Source: a virus. From it: a stretch of DNA of 64,000 nt. The stretch's first letter is position 1. Every line of letters begins with the position of its first letter. The position numbers and the translations under genes are program-made. Positions 43,758 through 54,266 of the stretch are shown one piece after another. The notes beneath the pieces were generated by a model. The model saw only the letters and a list, made by a program, of their open reading frames with translations. It did no database searches and was not told the DNA's origin. The stretch covers positions 12,426-76,425 of IMG/VR virus record IMGVR_UViG_3300008952_000030; one strand, written 5' to 3'.

Positions 43758-46700
43758 TTACGCCAACATCCTGAAGGTTCTTCCGATGCTTCTTGTCGAG
43801 AAGCCCCACTGAGCGTCCCATTGAAGCTTTGCCAAATAAGGGCGATTAACCCTAACCACGTCCTTGCCTGGGCGAACGCCCCAACACTTGATGGTGTTCG
43901 TCTCGCTGTTGCTATCAATGACGCGAATCAGATAATAGTCCTTACCGTTGCGCGTCTTCTTCTTGATAACTTCACGGGGCACGAACCACACAACACCAGC
44001 AGACAACTGAGGATCGTACTCTGAGATAGGTGGAATATAGTTCTTTTCCAAGCTACTCACAATGTGATCAGACAACACCAAGTTAAACGGGAACACTCCA
44101 GTTAAGTCAACAAGATATTGAATCTCCTCTTCCTCAGTGAAGTCACCCTCTGGTGCATACTTCGTGATGTTCTCTACCAGATGTTTTTCCTTGCGCGGGC
44201 GATCAACAGCCACTGCACTCCAAAAGTGCTTCGTACCTTCAAAACGATCGTCGACGAGAGGCTTAAGCGCACCTGAACGTGCTAGCACGTCAAGAGCCTT
44301 CTTGTTTAACTTAGAGTAAACGATGTTCTCGTTGAACAGAAACTCCTCCACCTTGTTGAATGGGCGATTGTTGATTATTTGCTCAATAGCCTTTTCGCCC
44401 AAACCTTTAATAGATGTCAAAGGCTGAATCAATGTCTTGCCGTCTTCTGATATTTCCCAAACAGAACCAGACGTGTTAATATTCAACGGCTCGACACTGA
44501 ACCCGTGTGCCTTCGCCACATTAATAGCCTTCTCCTTTCTTGTTTCAGGCTCCTTGTCGAGGAAAGCTGCTACCCACTCAGCAGGATAGTAATTCATAAG
44601 CCACGCGCACTGAAAAGACAGCACACAATACGATACGGCATGGGACTTGTTAAAGCCATACCCCGAAAAGTACTCAAAAGTGTCCCAAAGCTCTTTCGCT
44701 TGCCACTTCTCAAGTCCCTTCTCCAAGCAGCCATCCAGAAACTTAGAATATATCTTATCCTTCTGCTCTTGCACTTCGCCTGTGCCCTTCTTTGTCAAAA
44801 GCTTACGAAGCTTGTTGCCCTCGTCAAGAGACAAGTCCTTGCCAAGACGGTGAGCCAGCATAGCAATCTGCTCCTGAAAGATGAGGAAGCCAAATGTCTC
44901 CTCTGTCACCTCTCTCACGATGTCATTGACATACTCGACTTCATCGGGAGCGTTCTTTGCTGCAATGAACTTCTTGTCCACGCCAGCGCCCAAAGGGCCC
45001 GGGCGATAAATTGAAGTGATAGCTGCAAGCTCAATGATGTTGTTGGGTGTTGCCCTCTTACAAAAAGACTGTGCTCCGTTTTCAGTAAACTGAAAAATGC
45101 CAACCCACTTGCCATCATGAAAGATGTTGTCCCACACCTGCTTATCATCTAAGTCGATGACTTCCGGGTGCAGACGCCTATCGTAGAAAGCTCTTACGTC
45201 TTCAAACGTAGGATTCTCAATTCCCTCATGCCTTTGCAGTATGTGCCGCACGGCACCCTCTATCATCCTGAGAGAAGCAAGTCCCAAAATATCAAATTTA
45301 ATAAAACCCATTGGTTCCAGATGTCGTACATTTTGTCCTTCACTCCATGGTGTCTGTCGAACACCTCCACTGTTAATCATTGGCATCCACTCGTCTAGGT
45401 TCTCACCTATCACGACGCCTCCGGCGTGGCGGCTTGCTGAGCGTACTTGTCCATATAGCGCCTCCACGTGAGTCTTAATTCTCGGATATTTTACTAAGAA
45501 TTTTTTCAGCGTATCCGAGAATTCCATGACTTCCTCAAACGTGGGAACATACACTCCTGCCGTGATGCCATGCTTCTTCTTTGCTAAGGGGGTTGCCTCA
45601 AAAAGCATCTTACCTGTAACATTGTTTACCTCGGTGAATGGCACTTCATAGAACTTAGAGATGTCCTTTATCAATGAGCGCAGCTGCAGGGTGTTCCAGT
45701 TTGTAATTGGAACAACCGTGTCATCACCCCACTCATCAATAAGCTCTTCCTTCAAGCTCATTGGAGAACTTACATCGTAATCGATATCAGGATAGCCGGA
45801 ACCACCCTTAGTTAAAAACCTCTCAAACTGTAGTCCATACTTGATTGGATCTACCTGAGTAATACCTAGAGCATATGAGACTAGTGCACCAGCTGCTGAG
45901 CCTCTGCCTGCGCCGACAAGCTGATTCTTTGTTGCCCTATCTGCGATAGCCTTCATGGTGAGAAAGTATTTACTGAACCCTCTGCTATCAATAACCTCTA
46001 TCTCTCTATCGAGTCTGTCAATGTATTCCTGATTGTCTCCGAATCCTAGTATCCTTGCCCCCTCCATACAGAGCTTTGCTAAAGCGTCGGTTGCAGTGAG
46101 CCCATCTGGTACCACAAAGTCTGGTAAACGCACGGTGTTATCCGGAAAGAAAGACTCAATTCTATCGTGAGCAATATGGTACGACTCAGTGATGGACTTC
46201 ATCACCAAGTCATCGTCATACTCGACTCCGCTCTCTTTTGAATACTTCTTATAAGACTCCCACATCTCATCTCCGTTTTTCGGATAAAGCTCGTAACCAA
46301 TCTCTTCAACTTCAATCGGGAGTTCCATACTGAGCCACTCTGGTGAGCCCTTGCCCAGCCAGCCGAGCCTCTTGTATAACTCTCTATCCTTCCATGCTTC
46401 AGAGTTTGGATAGTGACTGTCAGCAGTAGACAGCAGTGGGATACCGAACTCATGGTGCATCTGAATGATGTATTGATTCAAGTCATGTTGCTCTGGTACG
46501 TTATTCCACTGCAACTCTCCATACCATTTATCACCAAAAATGGACTGCATCTTTTGCGTTGTAGTCCTCATCGCATCTAAAACAGCGTCTGCTCCGTCCT
46601 CTCTGTTCTCCCAGTAATTACCGGCATAAATGCCCCCTAAACAAGCTGATGCAGCGATGACACCTTCACTGTGACGTTTAAGCATTGCGTAATCCACTCT

Positions 46701-47204
46701 AGGGTATCGATAAAAATGATCACCATCGTAGGATGTCGATATCATCTTAAAAATGTTCTTAAGCCCCTCCTGGTTTTGAGCTAGCAAAATCAAGTGGCGA
46801 CGTCTATTCAAGATAGATTTTATTTTCTTTTTAGATTCTTCGTTCTCAACCGTTGTGCCGCTTTGCACATCTTCCTTCTTCTTTCTGGACTTCTTTTCCA
46901 GCTTTGACTTTTCATACTCCTCCTTCCAGTTCGCGATTGATGGAATAAAGTACGCCTCACAGCCATAAATCGGCTTAAAGCTCTTGCCTTCTGCATGCAT
47001 CTTTTTAGCATGCAGAACTTGATGCGCCAAGCCGTTTGCATTTCCGTGATCAGTGAGAGCAAGGGCGTCCATGCCATTCTCATAAGCAAAGTCCATATGT
47101 TCTTGAGGGTACCCAAGAGCATCAAAGATGCTGCCTGCCACTGAATGGGCATGTAGCCCAACGAATGGGATTTCGGGCTTGTTTCTAGTCTCTGATGTCG
47201 GCAA
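43758..47204 (-). CDS. dnaE: DNA polymerase III alpha subunit (PHP plus catalytic core)
   Basis: LHAHS, ALTDHG, GRGSAAG, PDIDYD, RHAGGV, KFDILGL, YGFNKSHA. Confidence 0.97.
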   Translation of the reverse strand: MPTSETRNKPEIPFVGLHAHSVAGSIFDALGYPQEHMDFAYENGMDALALTDHGNANGLAHQVLHAKKMHAEGKSFKPIYGCEAYFIPSIANWKEEYEKSKLEKKSRKKKEDVQSGTTVENEESKKKIKSILNRRRHLILLAQNQEGLKNIFKMISTSYDGDHFYRYPRVDYAMLKRHSEGVIAASACLGGIYAGNYWENREDGADAVLDAMRTTTQKMQSIFGDKWYGELQWNNVPEQHDLNQYIIQMHHEFGIPLLSTADSHYPNSEAWKDRELYKRLGWLGKGSPEWLSMELPIEVEEIGYELYPKNGDEMWESYKKYSKESGVEYDDDLVMKSITESYHIAHDRIESFFPDNTVRLPDFVVPDGLTATDALAKLCMEGARILGFGDNQEYIDRLDREIEVIDSRGFSKYFLTMKAIADRATKNQLVGAGRGSAAGALVSYALGITQVDPIKYGLQFERFLTKGGSGYPDIDYDVSSPMSLKEELIDEWGDDTVVPITNWNTLQLRSLIKDISKFYEVPFTEVNNVTGKMLFEATPLAKKKHGITAGVYVPTFEEVMEFSDTLKKFLVKYPRIKTHVEALYGQVRSASRHAGGVVIGENLDEWMPMINSGGVRQTPWSEGQNVRHLEPMGFIKFDILGLASLRMIEGAVRHILQRHEGIENPTFEDVRAFYDRRLHPEVIDLDDKQVWDNIFHDGKWVGIFQFTENGAQSFCKRATPNNIIELAAITSIYRPGPLGAGVDKKFIAAKNAPDEVEYVNDIVREVTEETFGFLIFQEQIAMLAHRLGKDLSLDEGNKLRKLLTKKGTGEVQEQKDKIYSKFLDGCLEKGLEKWQAKELWDTFEYFSGYGFNKSHAVSYCVLSFQCAWLMNYYPAEWVAAFLDKEPETRKEKAINVAKAHGFSVEPLNINTSGSVWEISEDGKTLIQPLTSIKGLGEKAIEQIINNRPFNKVEEFLFNENIVYSKLNKKALDVLARSGALKPLVDDRFEGTKHFWSAVAVDRPRKEKHLVENITKYAPEGDFTEEEEIQYLVDLTGVFPFNLVLSDHIVSSLEKNYIPPISEYDPQLSAGVVWFVPREVIKKKTRNGKDYYLIRVIDSNSETNTIKCWGVRPGKDVVRVNRPYLAKLQWDAQWGFSTRSIGRTFRMLA

Positions 47205-47412
47205 TTACATTCTCCAGTTCAGCCATAATAGCGGTTAATTCTTCTACCAGATCCACCCCGTTTGAGAGAGGATCCGGTAATCTTGCCATGTTGTAAATTT
47301 CTTGAAAAAGAAACTGTCTATCATGAGAAAGACTTTCAAAGGTGTAAGCCACACCTGCAGAGTCCTTAATATGATACGGAATTTCGTCGTATAAATCTCT
47401 AATCTCTTTCAT
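47185..47412 (-). CDS. hypothetical protein
   Basis: ORF in the gene string. Confidence 0.55.
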   Translation of the reverse strand: MKEIRDLYDEIPYHIKDSAGVAYTFESLSHDRQFLFQEIYNMARLPDPLSNGVDLVEELTAIMAELENVIADIRD

Positions 47413-48286
47413 CTCGTTCTCCCTTGAATAAAATTTTACTGTACTCATGATGTTTAAACATCTTCTCTCCAGGGTGCCTCAACTCTCGAAACTCTTCTGA
47501 TGCTACATAAGCCGCATACTTTTGCCACGTTTCGATGTCGTAGTGCCAATCCAGTTCGATGACATTTGATTCTTCTATTCTAGCACAATTATAAATTTCG
47601 TCAAGTAAAAAATGCTTCGAACTCCATCTTTTTTCATGATTGATGGTAGTGTCCCCTCCACTACATTTATTCTTCATGTTCCACAAGTATTCGTTATATT
47701 CTTTAGCATTCATCGTAAACGACAAATGCAAGCCCTCTCGAACTGTCTTACCCTCATACGATAGAAAGAAAGGCTTTGTGGAGGATATCTCTCTCCTGTA
47801 TCCCGCAACCACTGAAGGATCATGTATGCCATACGGGAAAGAGACAAAGTACCTACTGGGGCGGAGCCATTTGCTAATTTTGTCAGACACAATAAAAGCT
47901 GTTAGTGCACCATGAAGCGCACTAAACCCGTAACTATCCCTTCGGTTTCTGTCTTTTGGGTGGATTGGCGTATAGAATATCGGTATCTGTCTCCTGTGTT
48001 CCGAGGGGTATTTCACATACGTGTGCTTGTTGAGCCAATACGGATCTTCTATATAGTCCCCCAGCCTTTTCTTGAGCAGCGGCTGAATGTCGTCATTACA
48101 AACCAACCATATCGTTTCACAGCCGGCGTACGCACATTCAACTATAGCCCTCTCAACCGCTAAGTACCGCTCACCCACCACTTGCATTGAACTGTGCCAC
48201 GGTAGCCCATAATCAACTCTCGAATTTGCAATAGGCACAACGCCGGCAAGATGAAAGTTGTTTTTAAGATTGCTTCCCGTCTCCAA
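47399..48286 (-). CDS. divergent sugar-nucleotidyltransferase (GT-A fold)-like protein
   Basis: LAGVVPIA...AVERAIVECAYAGCETIWLV...WHYDIETWQKY. Confidence 0.55.
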   Translation of the reverse strand: METGSNLKNNFHLAGVVPIANSRVDYGLPWHSSMQVVGERYLAVERAIVECAYAGCETIWLVCNDDIQPLLKKRLGDYIEDPYWLNKHTYVKYPSEHRRQIPIFYTPIHPKDRNRRDSYGFSALHGALTAFIVSDKISKWLRPSRYFVSFPYGIHDPSVVAGYRREISSTKPFFLSYEGKTVREGLHLSFTMNAKEYNEYLWNMKNKCSGGDTTINHEKRWSSKHFLLDEIYNCARIEESNVIELDWHYDIETWQKYAAYVASEEFRELRHPGEKMFKHHEYSKILFKGERDERD

Positions 48287-48599
48287 CGTCTACCTCTTCC
48301 AAAAACACTCTTGCAGTGTATCCCCCCGCATACTTTCTCTTCCTCACCGCAAGCTCAAACAAATCTCTCAGTGGAATCTCAGAGTATGCTAACAGCGCCA
48401 CAATAACTTCGTATACATCTACCAGCTCTTCAATACTGGGATCCTCTACGAACTCTTGCGCCTCTTCAAGCAGCTTTTCCTTTAAAAGCTCCAAATATTT
48501 TTCATCCTCTTCAATAATCTTGAATTTACAAAATCTTCCGTCCCTATCTATAAGCCCTGGTACCTTATCTCTTACCAACTTGTTACATGTCTCCATCAT
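48264..48599 (-). CDS. MazG/HisE-like all-alpha NTP pyrophosphatase
   Basis: NKLVRDKVP...KLLEEAQEF...EELVDVYEV...KRKYAGGY. Confidence 0.85.
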   Translation of the reverse strand: MMETCNKLVRDKVPGLIDRDGRFCKFKIIEEDEKYLELLKEKLLEEAQEFVEDPSIEELVDVYEVIVALLAYSEIPLRDLFELAVRKRKYAGGYTARVFLEEVDVGDGKQS

Positions 48600-49381
48600 G
48601 CCCCTCTTTCTGATGATGTCATAATCTCAATATATTTATTCCCTTTAAATTGCAGCTTACTTATGGAAAATTTCTCTCTCCGTGTCGGCTCGAGCTTTAT
48701 CGATAAAAACTTTTGTTTTCCAGCTATCGTCGTGCCATCTTTTGCTCCCCTTATCCCACTATTCTTCATGAGTTTCTCAACTTTAAATCTAGCGATAGTA
48801 GGAGAAGCATCAAAATCGTTCATTTCTTCGCTAGTCATGAAAGATTCAGAAACACAATCTTTAATATTCTTGTTTCCGTCCACCCTTTCAGATTTATAAA
48901 AATACACTTTGTTAACAAAAGGCTCTGAAGTTTTCAGCACATCAATTTCGTGTTTTGCTCCACTTCTTACGTTGAACCAATCAAATACCCTGTACTTCTC
49001 TCCCTCTTCACCAGAGGACTCCTCCATGGTTACATTCTCGTTGTCGAACATAAAACACTTTTTGAAACTAGCATGAACACTGAACGCTCCGCCCAAAGAG
49101 ACAAACATCTTATCCTTTTCGAACCTTATGCTGTCTATTGATGTACCAAACGGCACCAAGCCTGCCATGGCATGCTCCAGAACCATAAACGACCAAGCAG
49201 TCTCGGCATTAGTCGTCTTAAGCTGCAGCTCGGGAATCTCAATCTCCTCTACCTCGTCAAACGGGAAAGGCTTCTTTCTCGTATTTAATATTAATGGAAT
49301 TTTGTTTTCATAAGCATGCTTCACAGCTGAGAGGCTGTGTCCAACTACAACTTCTTGAAAATCATATTTATGATTTCTCAC
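48596..49381 (-). CDS. hypothetical protein with degenerate Rossmann-like N-terminus
   Basis: VVVGHSLSAVKHA. Confidence 0.55.
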   Translation of the reverse strand: MRNHKYDFQEVVVGHSLSAVKHAYENKIPLILNTRKKPFPFDEVEEIEIPELQLKTTNAETAWSFMVLEHAMAGLVPFGTSIDSIRFEKDKMFVSLGGAFSVHASFKKCFMFDNENVTMEESSGEEGEKYRVFDWFNVRSGAKHEIDVLKTSEPFVNKVYFYKSERVDGNKNIKDCVSESFMTSEEMNDFDASPTIARFKVEKLMKNSGIRGAKDGTTIAGKQKFLSIKLEPTRREKFSISKLQFKGNKYIEIMTSSERGA

Positions 49382-50634
49382 CTACATGCTCCTGAAACTA
49401 TTGTCATAAGATTTTCATACATGCTGTCCGAGTCGCTTGTTAAATCAAAGTTTCTCCCGCCAGTGCTTACTGCCAATTCATCCCAGCCATAAAAAGCAAG
49501 AGCAAAAGTGTACATCTTCAACCCCTCTGTAGAAACTAGTGCGGGGCCGACGGCGTGTATCGTATTTGGGGGATTCATATATGTCCTCTCGGGCTCATCC
49601 GAGAATACTACTATAATCTTATCAGCACCCTCTCTCCAATTTATAAAGAACTCAGATAATACTGGGGAAGATACCGCACCAGATGTCCACCTAGACATAT
49701 TCAAATCGTTTGTCAACATAGGACTAATATTTCTCAATGCAATATATACTGCATCGAGAAGCATCTCCAGTCCTCCAACGTGAAGCCTATCAACTTCAAG
49801 AAACCTATTCAAAAAATCATTAAAAGGAGAAATGTCAGAAACCAAGCGAAGCATTTCGTAATTATCTCTTGGATTCTCTTGATCAAGCACCCTTATTGGG
49901 CCGACTATTAAACCCCACTGGATAACCTCTTCATCTGCAAACTCGCGAGAAAACCTTTGCAAGGCTTCTATCGTCGCACCTACTCTCACTCCCATAGAGC
50001 TAGACCAGTCGACTACGAATAGAATGTCAGTATTCCGTATGCCTTCGCCAAAGTCCACAACACCATCACAGTCATTGTCGACGCCGTCACACACCTCAAT
50101 AGAAGGAATCACCTCGCCTGGGCACAAGTCCTCTACCCAAATATCATTCTCAAAGTTACCCCACGTGCCATGCATGCAAATTTGTTCTCCAGCCAGGCAG
50201 TTTCCAACACCAGCGGTTTTAACTGGGCCCGAATAGCAATTGCGGGCAATAGTTTCGTCAACGATCCCGTCGCAGTCGTCGTCGATATTGTTGCATGCTT
50301 CCTCAAAAACCTGCGGAGCAGAACACTCCACAAGGCTGCCCGAGATGCACCGTGAGACACCGGGGCCACAAGCGGTGTCGCAGTTATATGCTCCTTCGTC
50401 AATATTCCCATCACAGTCATTATCAATGCCGTCGCACTGCTCTGTAGTGCATAGCTGTGTTGCTGCATCAATGATTTCGGCAATGGCGTCAATGGTAGGC
50501 ACCGGTATGATAATTGAATCCACAGGCGGCAGAGCGACGTCGCGCACTTTGCCATCGATATCGTGGAGCGCTGGTGGCGCCGCATCATCAACGCAGGAAA
50601 CAAGCAATATTAACAATAAAAGTAACTTTCTCAT
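49378..50634 (-). CDS. lipoprotein with CDG.DNDCDG (MopE-like) repeats and a VWA domain
   Basis: Lipobox LVSC; 3 repeats; MIDAS DILFVVDWSSS...FSDE. Confidence 0.85.
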   Translation of the reverse strand: MRKLLLLLILLVSCVDDAAPPALHDIDGKVRDVALPPVDSIIIPVPTIDAIAEIIDAATQLCTTEQCDGIDNDCDGNIDEGAYNCDTACGPGVSRCISGSLVECSAPQVFEEACNNIDDDCDGIVDETIARNCYSGPVKTAGVGNCLAGEQICMHGTWGNFENDIWVEDLCPGEVIPSIEVCDGVDNDCDGVVDFGEGIRNTDILFVVDWSSSMGVRVGATIEALQRFSREFADEEVIQWGLIVGPIRVLDQENPRDNYEMLRLVSDISPFNDFLNRFLEVDRLHVGGLEMLLDAVYIALRNISPMLTNDLNMSRWTSGAVSSPVLSEFFINWREGADKIIVVFSDEPERTYMNPPNTIHAVGPALVSTEGLKMYTFALAFYGWDELAVSTGGRNFDLTSDSDSMYENLMTIVSGACR

Positions 50635-50635
50635 T

Positions 50636-52888
50636 TTAAAAACACATCCGGGAAAGACGCCAGCTCATAGCCACCGTATAAAACTTCTCGCCACATGATG
50701 GAGCTTCTTTTTTTTTTGATTCGAAACATGCCATGCCCGAATCAGCGCCACCAGCATCGGGCTCTGCGTCGGGAGGCATAGCGTCAGGTACGCCGGCATC
50801 TCGGACTCCTGCGTCTTGGACGCCAGCATCCGCATCGGGCTGCCTCTCACGGCCCTGAATACAGGCAGCTTCTTCTATAGCTTCCGCGACGGCATCTTCA
50901 ACTTCTTGTTCGTTTTGCCCTGGTGGGCCGCCGACGTTGGCATTCCTATACGCTCCACCGGCGTCAAACAACGGCTCATAACTTTGGCGTACAAAAATGT
51001 TGTCGGGCCCGATGATGAATGCCATACCACCAGTCATGAACATTGCATGCTGAACCGCGAAGGCATCAAAGTTATCGCCTTGCGCTCTCTCATCACCTAG
51101 CACGACGACGATACGATGGTTATACCTGCTCAAGTCAACCTGCCAGGCATCTTCGATTCCTTGAAGCTGGGCTTGTGGGCGGTTTGTATTCCAAAGCACT
51201 TCATCTGGATTCCCGTCGTTATCCCAATCGATGAGATCGTCGGTGAGAAACATGCCTATTGCGTCAAGAGTATTCTCTGTGCCGCCGCCGCGATTAATGA
51301 TTCCGGCATTAATTGATCCTCGAAGTCCGCTGATTGCAGCCCGCATGTCTTCCACTGGAACGACTGGAGGATCCTCAACACCTGGTACGCAGTTATCTGC
51401 TGGATAATATAGGTACGGGTCGAACATGTCGTCATTCCCCACCACAGCTAGCATGTAACATACATCGATGATGCCGTCGTTAAAGAGTCTTTCGACGGTA
51501 TTTCTAGTCGCGTCAAAAGCTGCCCACAACTCATCTTGTTGCATTGAGCCGGAAACGTCAATAACCATCATGACTGCCACCATGCCCTGCTCGAAGTCTT
51601 CATCGATATCGCCATCACAGTCATCGTCTTCTTCGTTGCATCTTTCGACACCAGGGCGGATTTCTTGTAAACACTCAAGGTATCCATACTCAAGCTCGCC
51701 CTGGGCGTCGCGGCGCGACTCACAGAACGCAGCGCCCAGGCGACAATCTCCTGCTACGTAATTTGGGCCGTCCTCCCTTCTTTCATAAAGAATTACTTCT
51801 CCATTAGGCATGTCTGTTGAGCAGAGCTTTGTCAAAGGCCCACCGTCGGGCCCTTCGTCAATAAAGCCATCACAATCTTCGTCGATGCCATTGCAGATTT
51901 CAGACTGGGGTACATAATCCGGATGATCGCAATCGCATGCGCCTGGTTCGAAGTCTTCATCAATCGCACCGTCACAGTCGTTGTCTTCGAAGTCACACAA
52001 CTCCCTCGGCAGCTCGCCGCAATCGCCGCATGCGTTCAAAAGAAGCTCATCAATAGAGCCGTCGCAGTCGTTGTCGAGCCCGTCACACTCCTCAACAGGA
52101 TCATCGCCGCACTCGCCGCAAACGTTTAATAGGTTTTCGTCAACACTCTCGTCACAATCATTGTCAATGCCGTCGCACACCTCAATTGGGTCCTCTCCGC
52201 ACTGGTTGCAAATATTTAGAACACCTTCGTCAACACCGTTGTCACAGTCATTATCCAACGAATCACACTCCTCTGCAGACGGCACTACCTGGTTTTCACA
52301 CTCTCCGTAACCATAATGCATTTCGACACCAGCATCAGTTGTAATGGAAAGTTCTTTACAGATAGATATGCCAGGGCGGCATACGCCGTTCTTTGAAGAT
52401 CCTGGACGTCCCTCGTAACAGCTCCTAAACAAAGTAGGAGATTGAGCACCAGCACCCAATTGCTGGGGAGACTCGTTCAAAGCCCCGTCGCAGTCGTTGT
52501 CCAGCTCATCGCAGACTTCCATTCTAGGAAAGTTTACTTGAGTACACTGTGTCCAAATAGTTGACTGACAAATCCTTTCCCCTTCCCCACATGGCCCAGT
52601 GAGGTTGGGTAGCGCACAAGCCTCGCGGGCTCCGAACCTTTCGCATACTATTGGTGGCGGAGCAGCGTCGATGACAGCATCCACAACTGGACGGGCATCG
52701 ATGATTCTCACATACATATCCAGTTCAGGCTCAGGCTCAGCATCCACTATTCTTAAACGCGCGTCGGAAACATTACCGCTACCGAACGTATTTCCGCTAT
52801 CTCCAATCCTGCCCTTTTCAGGCTCGCTTACAGCGTCTTCACACGCTAGCAAAGACATAGCCATCAATAAAAATAAAAAGTTCTTCAT
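50636..52888 (-). CDS. large lipoprotein with about 7 CDG.DNDCDG repeats and a VWA domain
   Basis: Start re-assigned to MKNFLFLLMAMSLLAC; MIDAS IDVSGS...GGTENT...LGDE; DAG repeats. Confidence 0.85.
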   Translation of the reverse strand: MKNFLFLLMAMSLLACEDAVSEPEKGRIGDSGNTFGSGNVSDARLRIVDAEPEPELDMYVRIIDARPVVDAVIDAAPPPIVCERFGAREACALPNLTGPCGEGERICQSTIWTQCTQVNFPRMEVCDELDNDCDGALNESPQQLGAGAQSPTLFRSCYEGRPGSSKNGVCRPGISICKELSITTDAGVEMHYGYGECENQVVPSAEECDSLDNDCDNGVDEGVLNICNQCGEDPIEVCDGIDNDCDESVDENLLNVCGECGDDPVEECDGLDNDCDGSIDELLLNACGDCGELPRELCDFEDNDCDGAIDEDFEPGACDCDHPDYVPQSEICNGIDEDCDGFIDEGPDGGPLTKLCSTDMPNGEVILYERREDGPNYVAGDCRLGAAFCESRRDAQGELEYGYLECLQEIRPGVERCNEEDDDCDGDIDEDFEQGMVAVMMVIDVSGSMQQDELWAAFDATRNTVERLFNDGIIDVCYMLAVVGNDDMFDPYLYYPADNCVPGVEDPPVVPVEDMRAAISGLRGSINAGIINRGGGTENTLDAIGMFLTDDLIDWDNDGNPDEVLWNTNRPQAQLQGIEDAWQVDLSRYNHRIVVVLGDERAQGDNFDAFAVQHAMFMTGGMAFIIGPDNIFVRQSYEPLFDAGGAYRNANVGGPPGQNEQEVEDAVAEAIEEAACIQGRERQPDADAGVQDAGVRDAGVPDAMPPDAEPDAGGADSGMACFESKKKEAPSCGEKFYTVAMSWRLSRMCF

Positions 52889-53601
52889 TACTTCTCCGTA
52901 TGTGTTTCCTTGTATGCCTTTACAGACTCTGGGAAAAATTTTCCCGCGATGTCTAGGCAAGCGCTTGCGACTCTCTGTATCTCCCACTGGGCACCGGAGT
53001 GTGATCGTAAACTAATAAATTTCAATAAATTGTGGAGATTTACTGTCCCATAATACTGAGTATACAAGTTCTGAGGCAATACACCCCTTGCTTGTTCTCT
53101 GCAAACTCCCGCGTTCAAGAGTTCCTCATAAAGCTTTAGGCTGCTAGTGTGATGATCCAATATTGCATCAGATGCCAAATATACACTAGGCGGGTATAAA
53201 CCATTCCCGCCAGAAGTGCTAATGTTGGGATTGATTAGTTCATCGTTGCTAGCCTGTCTATTTGACTCGTGCTGAGTTCTGAACTCCTTTGGTTCATAAA
53301 AGTCCATATCAATAGAAGTATATCTTCTGCTAATTTCATTGTACGCCCAAGTTCGATGTCTGTGATGTTGACTCCTTATGAACAGGGGCACTGTAAACCT
53401 CATCGTTACAGCGCAATGCTCAAAAGGACTAGTGTGGTTGTGCTTCATCAAATAATTGATGAGCTTCACGTCCTTGCCATCTAGTTCTTCCTTGTTTGTA
53501 CCAAAAGATACTCTTGCGGCGTTTACCACCGATAAGTCACTGCCCATGTGGGATATATACTCTACGGCGCCGATGGCGTCGTCAAACAGTTCAATTCTCA
53601 T
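52888..53601 (-). CDS. thyX: flavin-dependent thymidylate synthase
   Basis: VVNAARVSF, HTSPFEH, RHR...NEISRRY, EQARGVLP, AQWEI. Confidence 0.97.
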   Translation of the reverse strand: MRIELFDDAIGAVEYISHMGSDLSVVNAARVSFGTNKEELDGKDVKLINYLMKHNHTSPFEHCAVTMRFTVPLFIRSQHHRHRTWAYNEISRRYTSIDMDFYEPKEFRTQHESNRQASNDELINPNISTSGGNGLYPPSVYLASDAILDHHTSSLKLYEELLNAGVCREQARGVLPQNLYTQYYGTVNLHNLLKFISLRSHSGAQWEIQRVASACLDIAGKFFPESVKAYKETHTEK

Positions 53602-53912
53602 TCAATCCCTCGCAGTAAGCCTACAACATAATTTTCCAAAATAAGATGATTAGTCTTATCTTGCACACTCACCTCTTCTATCATCGACATGTCGACGACG
53701 ATAGTCTTTTCAGCGAAAGTCCCCCTCCGAAGCTTTTGAAAAGGCTCAGCACAATCTTGTGCGACATCCACAACAGTCGCAGTGATGTATCTATCTTCTC
53801 GCGGCTTATAATCTTCTGGTAAAAGAATTCCGCTTTCGTTTGGCTCCTCTCTCTTAAAGTGAGGAACAATCAGCAGATGCCGGTTAACTGGCTTAAGAGA
53901 GGGAGAAATCAT
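53598..53912 (-). CDS. GroES-like co-chaperonin
   Basis: LKPVNRHLLI...ESGILLPE...ILENYVVG. Confidence 0.7.
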   Translation of the reverse strand: MISPSLKPVNRHLLIVPHFKREEPNESGILLPEDYKPREDRYITATVVDVAQDCAEPFQKLRRGTFAEKTIVVDMSMIEEVSVQDKTNHLILENYVVGLLRGIE

Positions 53913-54205
53913 TAGTTTACCTCTACAGTCTTCTTGACGTGCTGGTAGAAATCCAGCAATTGCTCAATATCCGTATTATTCTTCATCATTCGATAAGCTT
54001 TCACAGCCATCGAAATCTCCTCTTTGCTAAGCCATCCATTTTCGATAAAGTTAGTCTTGAGATCTCGCTTAGACTCCTTATATGGCTCCATTGCGTCTTC
54101 AATCGCCGCCATGTTTTTAATGTAGCTTGTGATATGGACTTCTTTTTGTTCCACACTCATCGTAGTTGTTTCGTCGTTACTCACAATAGACAAATTCGCA
54201 CCCAT
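53912..54205 (-). CDS. small coiled-coil DNA-binding-like protein (GapR/DUF2312 or T4 DsbA-like)
   Basis: YIKNMAAIEDAM...KRDLK...LSKEEISMAVKAYR. Confidence 0.5.
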   Translation of the reverse strand: MGANLSIVSNDETTTMSVEQKEVHITSYIKNMAAIEDAMEPYKESKRDLKTNFIENGWLSKEEISMAVKAYRMMKNNTDIEQLLDFYQHVKKTVEVN

Positions 54206-54266
54206 GTTAAAACTCCTTTAACTGTTTTATTTTGTAATATTATATTAACACTAATTTAGATAAAAA

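Noticed and set aside
28985-47204. Bacterial chromosome origin, suggested by dnaK, groEL, clpP and dnaE
   Set aside because: There is no bacterial operon context (no grpE/dnaJ, clpX or adjacent groES). The single-strand packing with gp32-like, UvsX-like and helicase genes and many tiny hypothetical genes indicates a phage.
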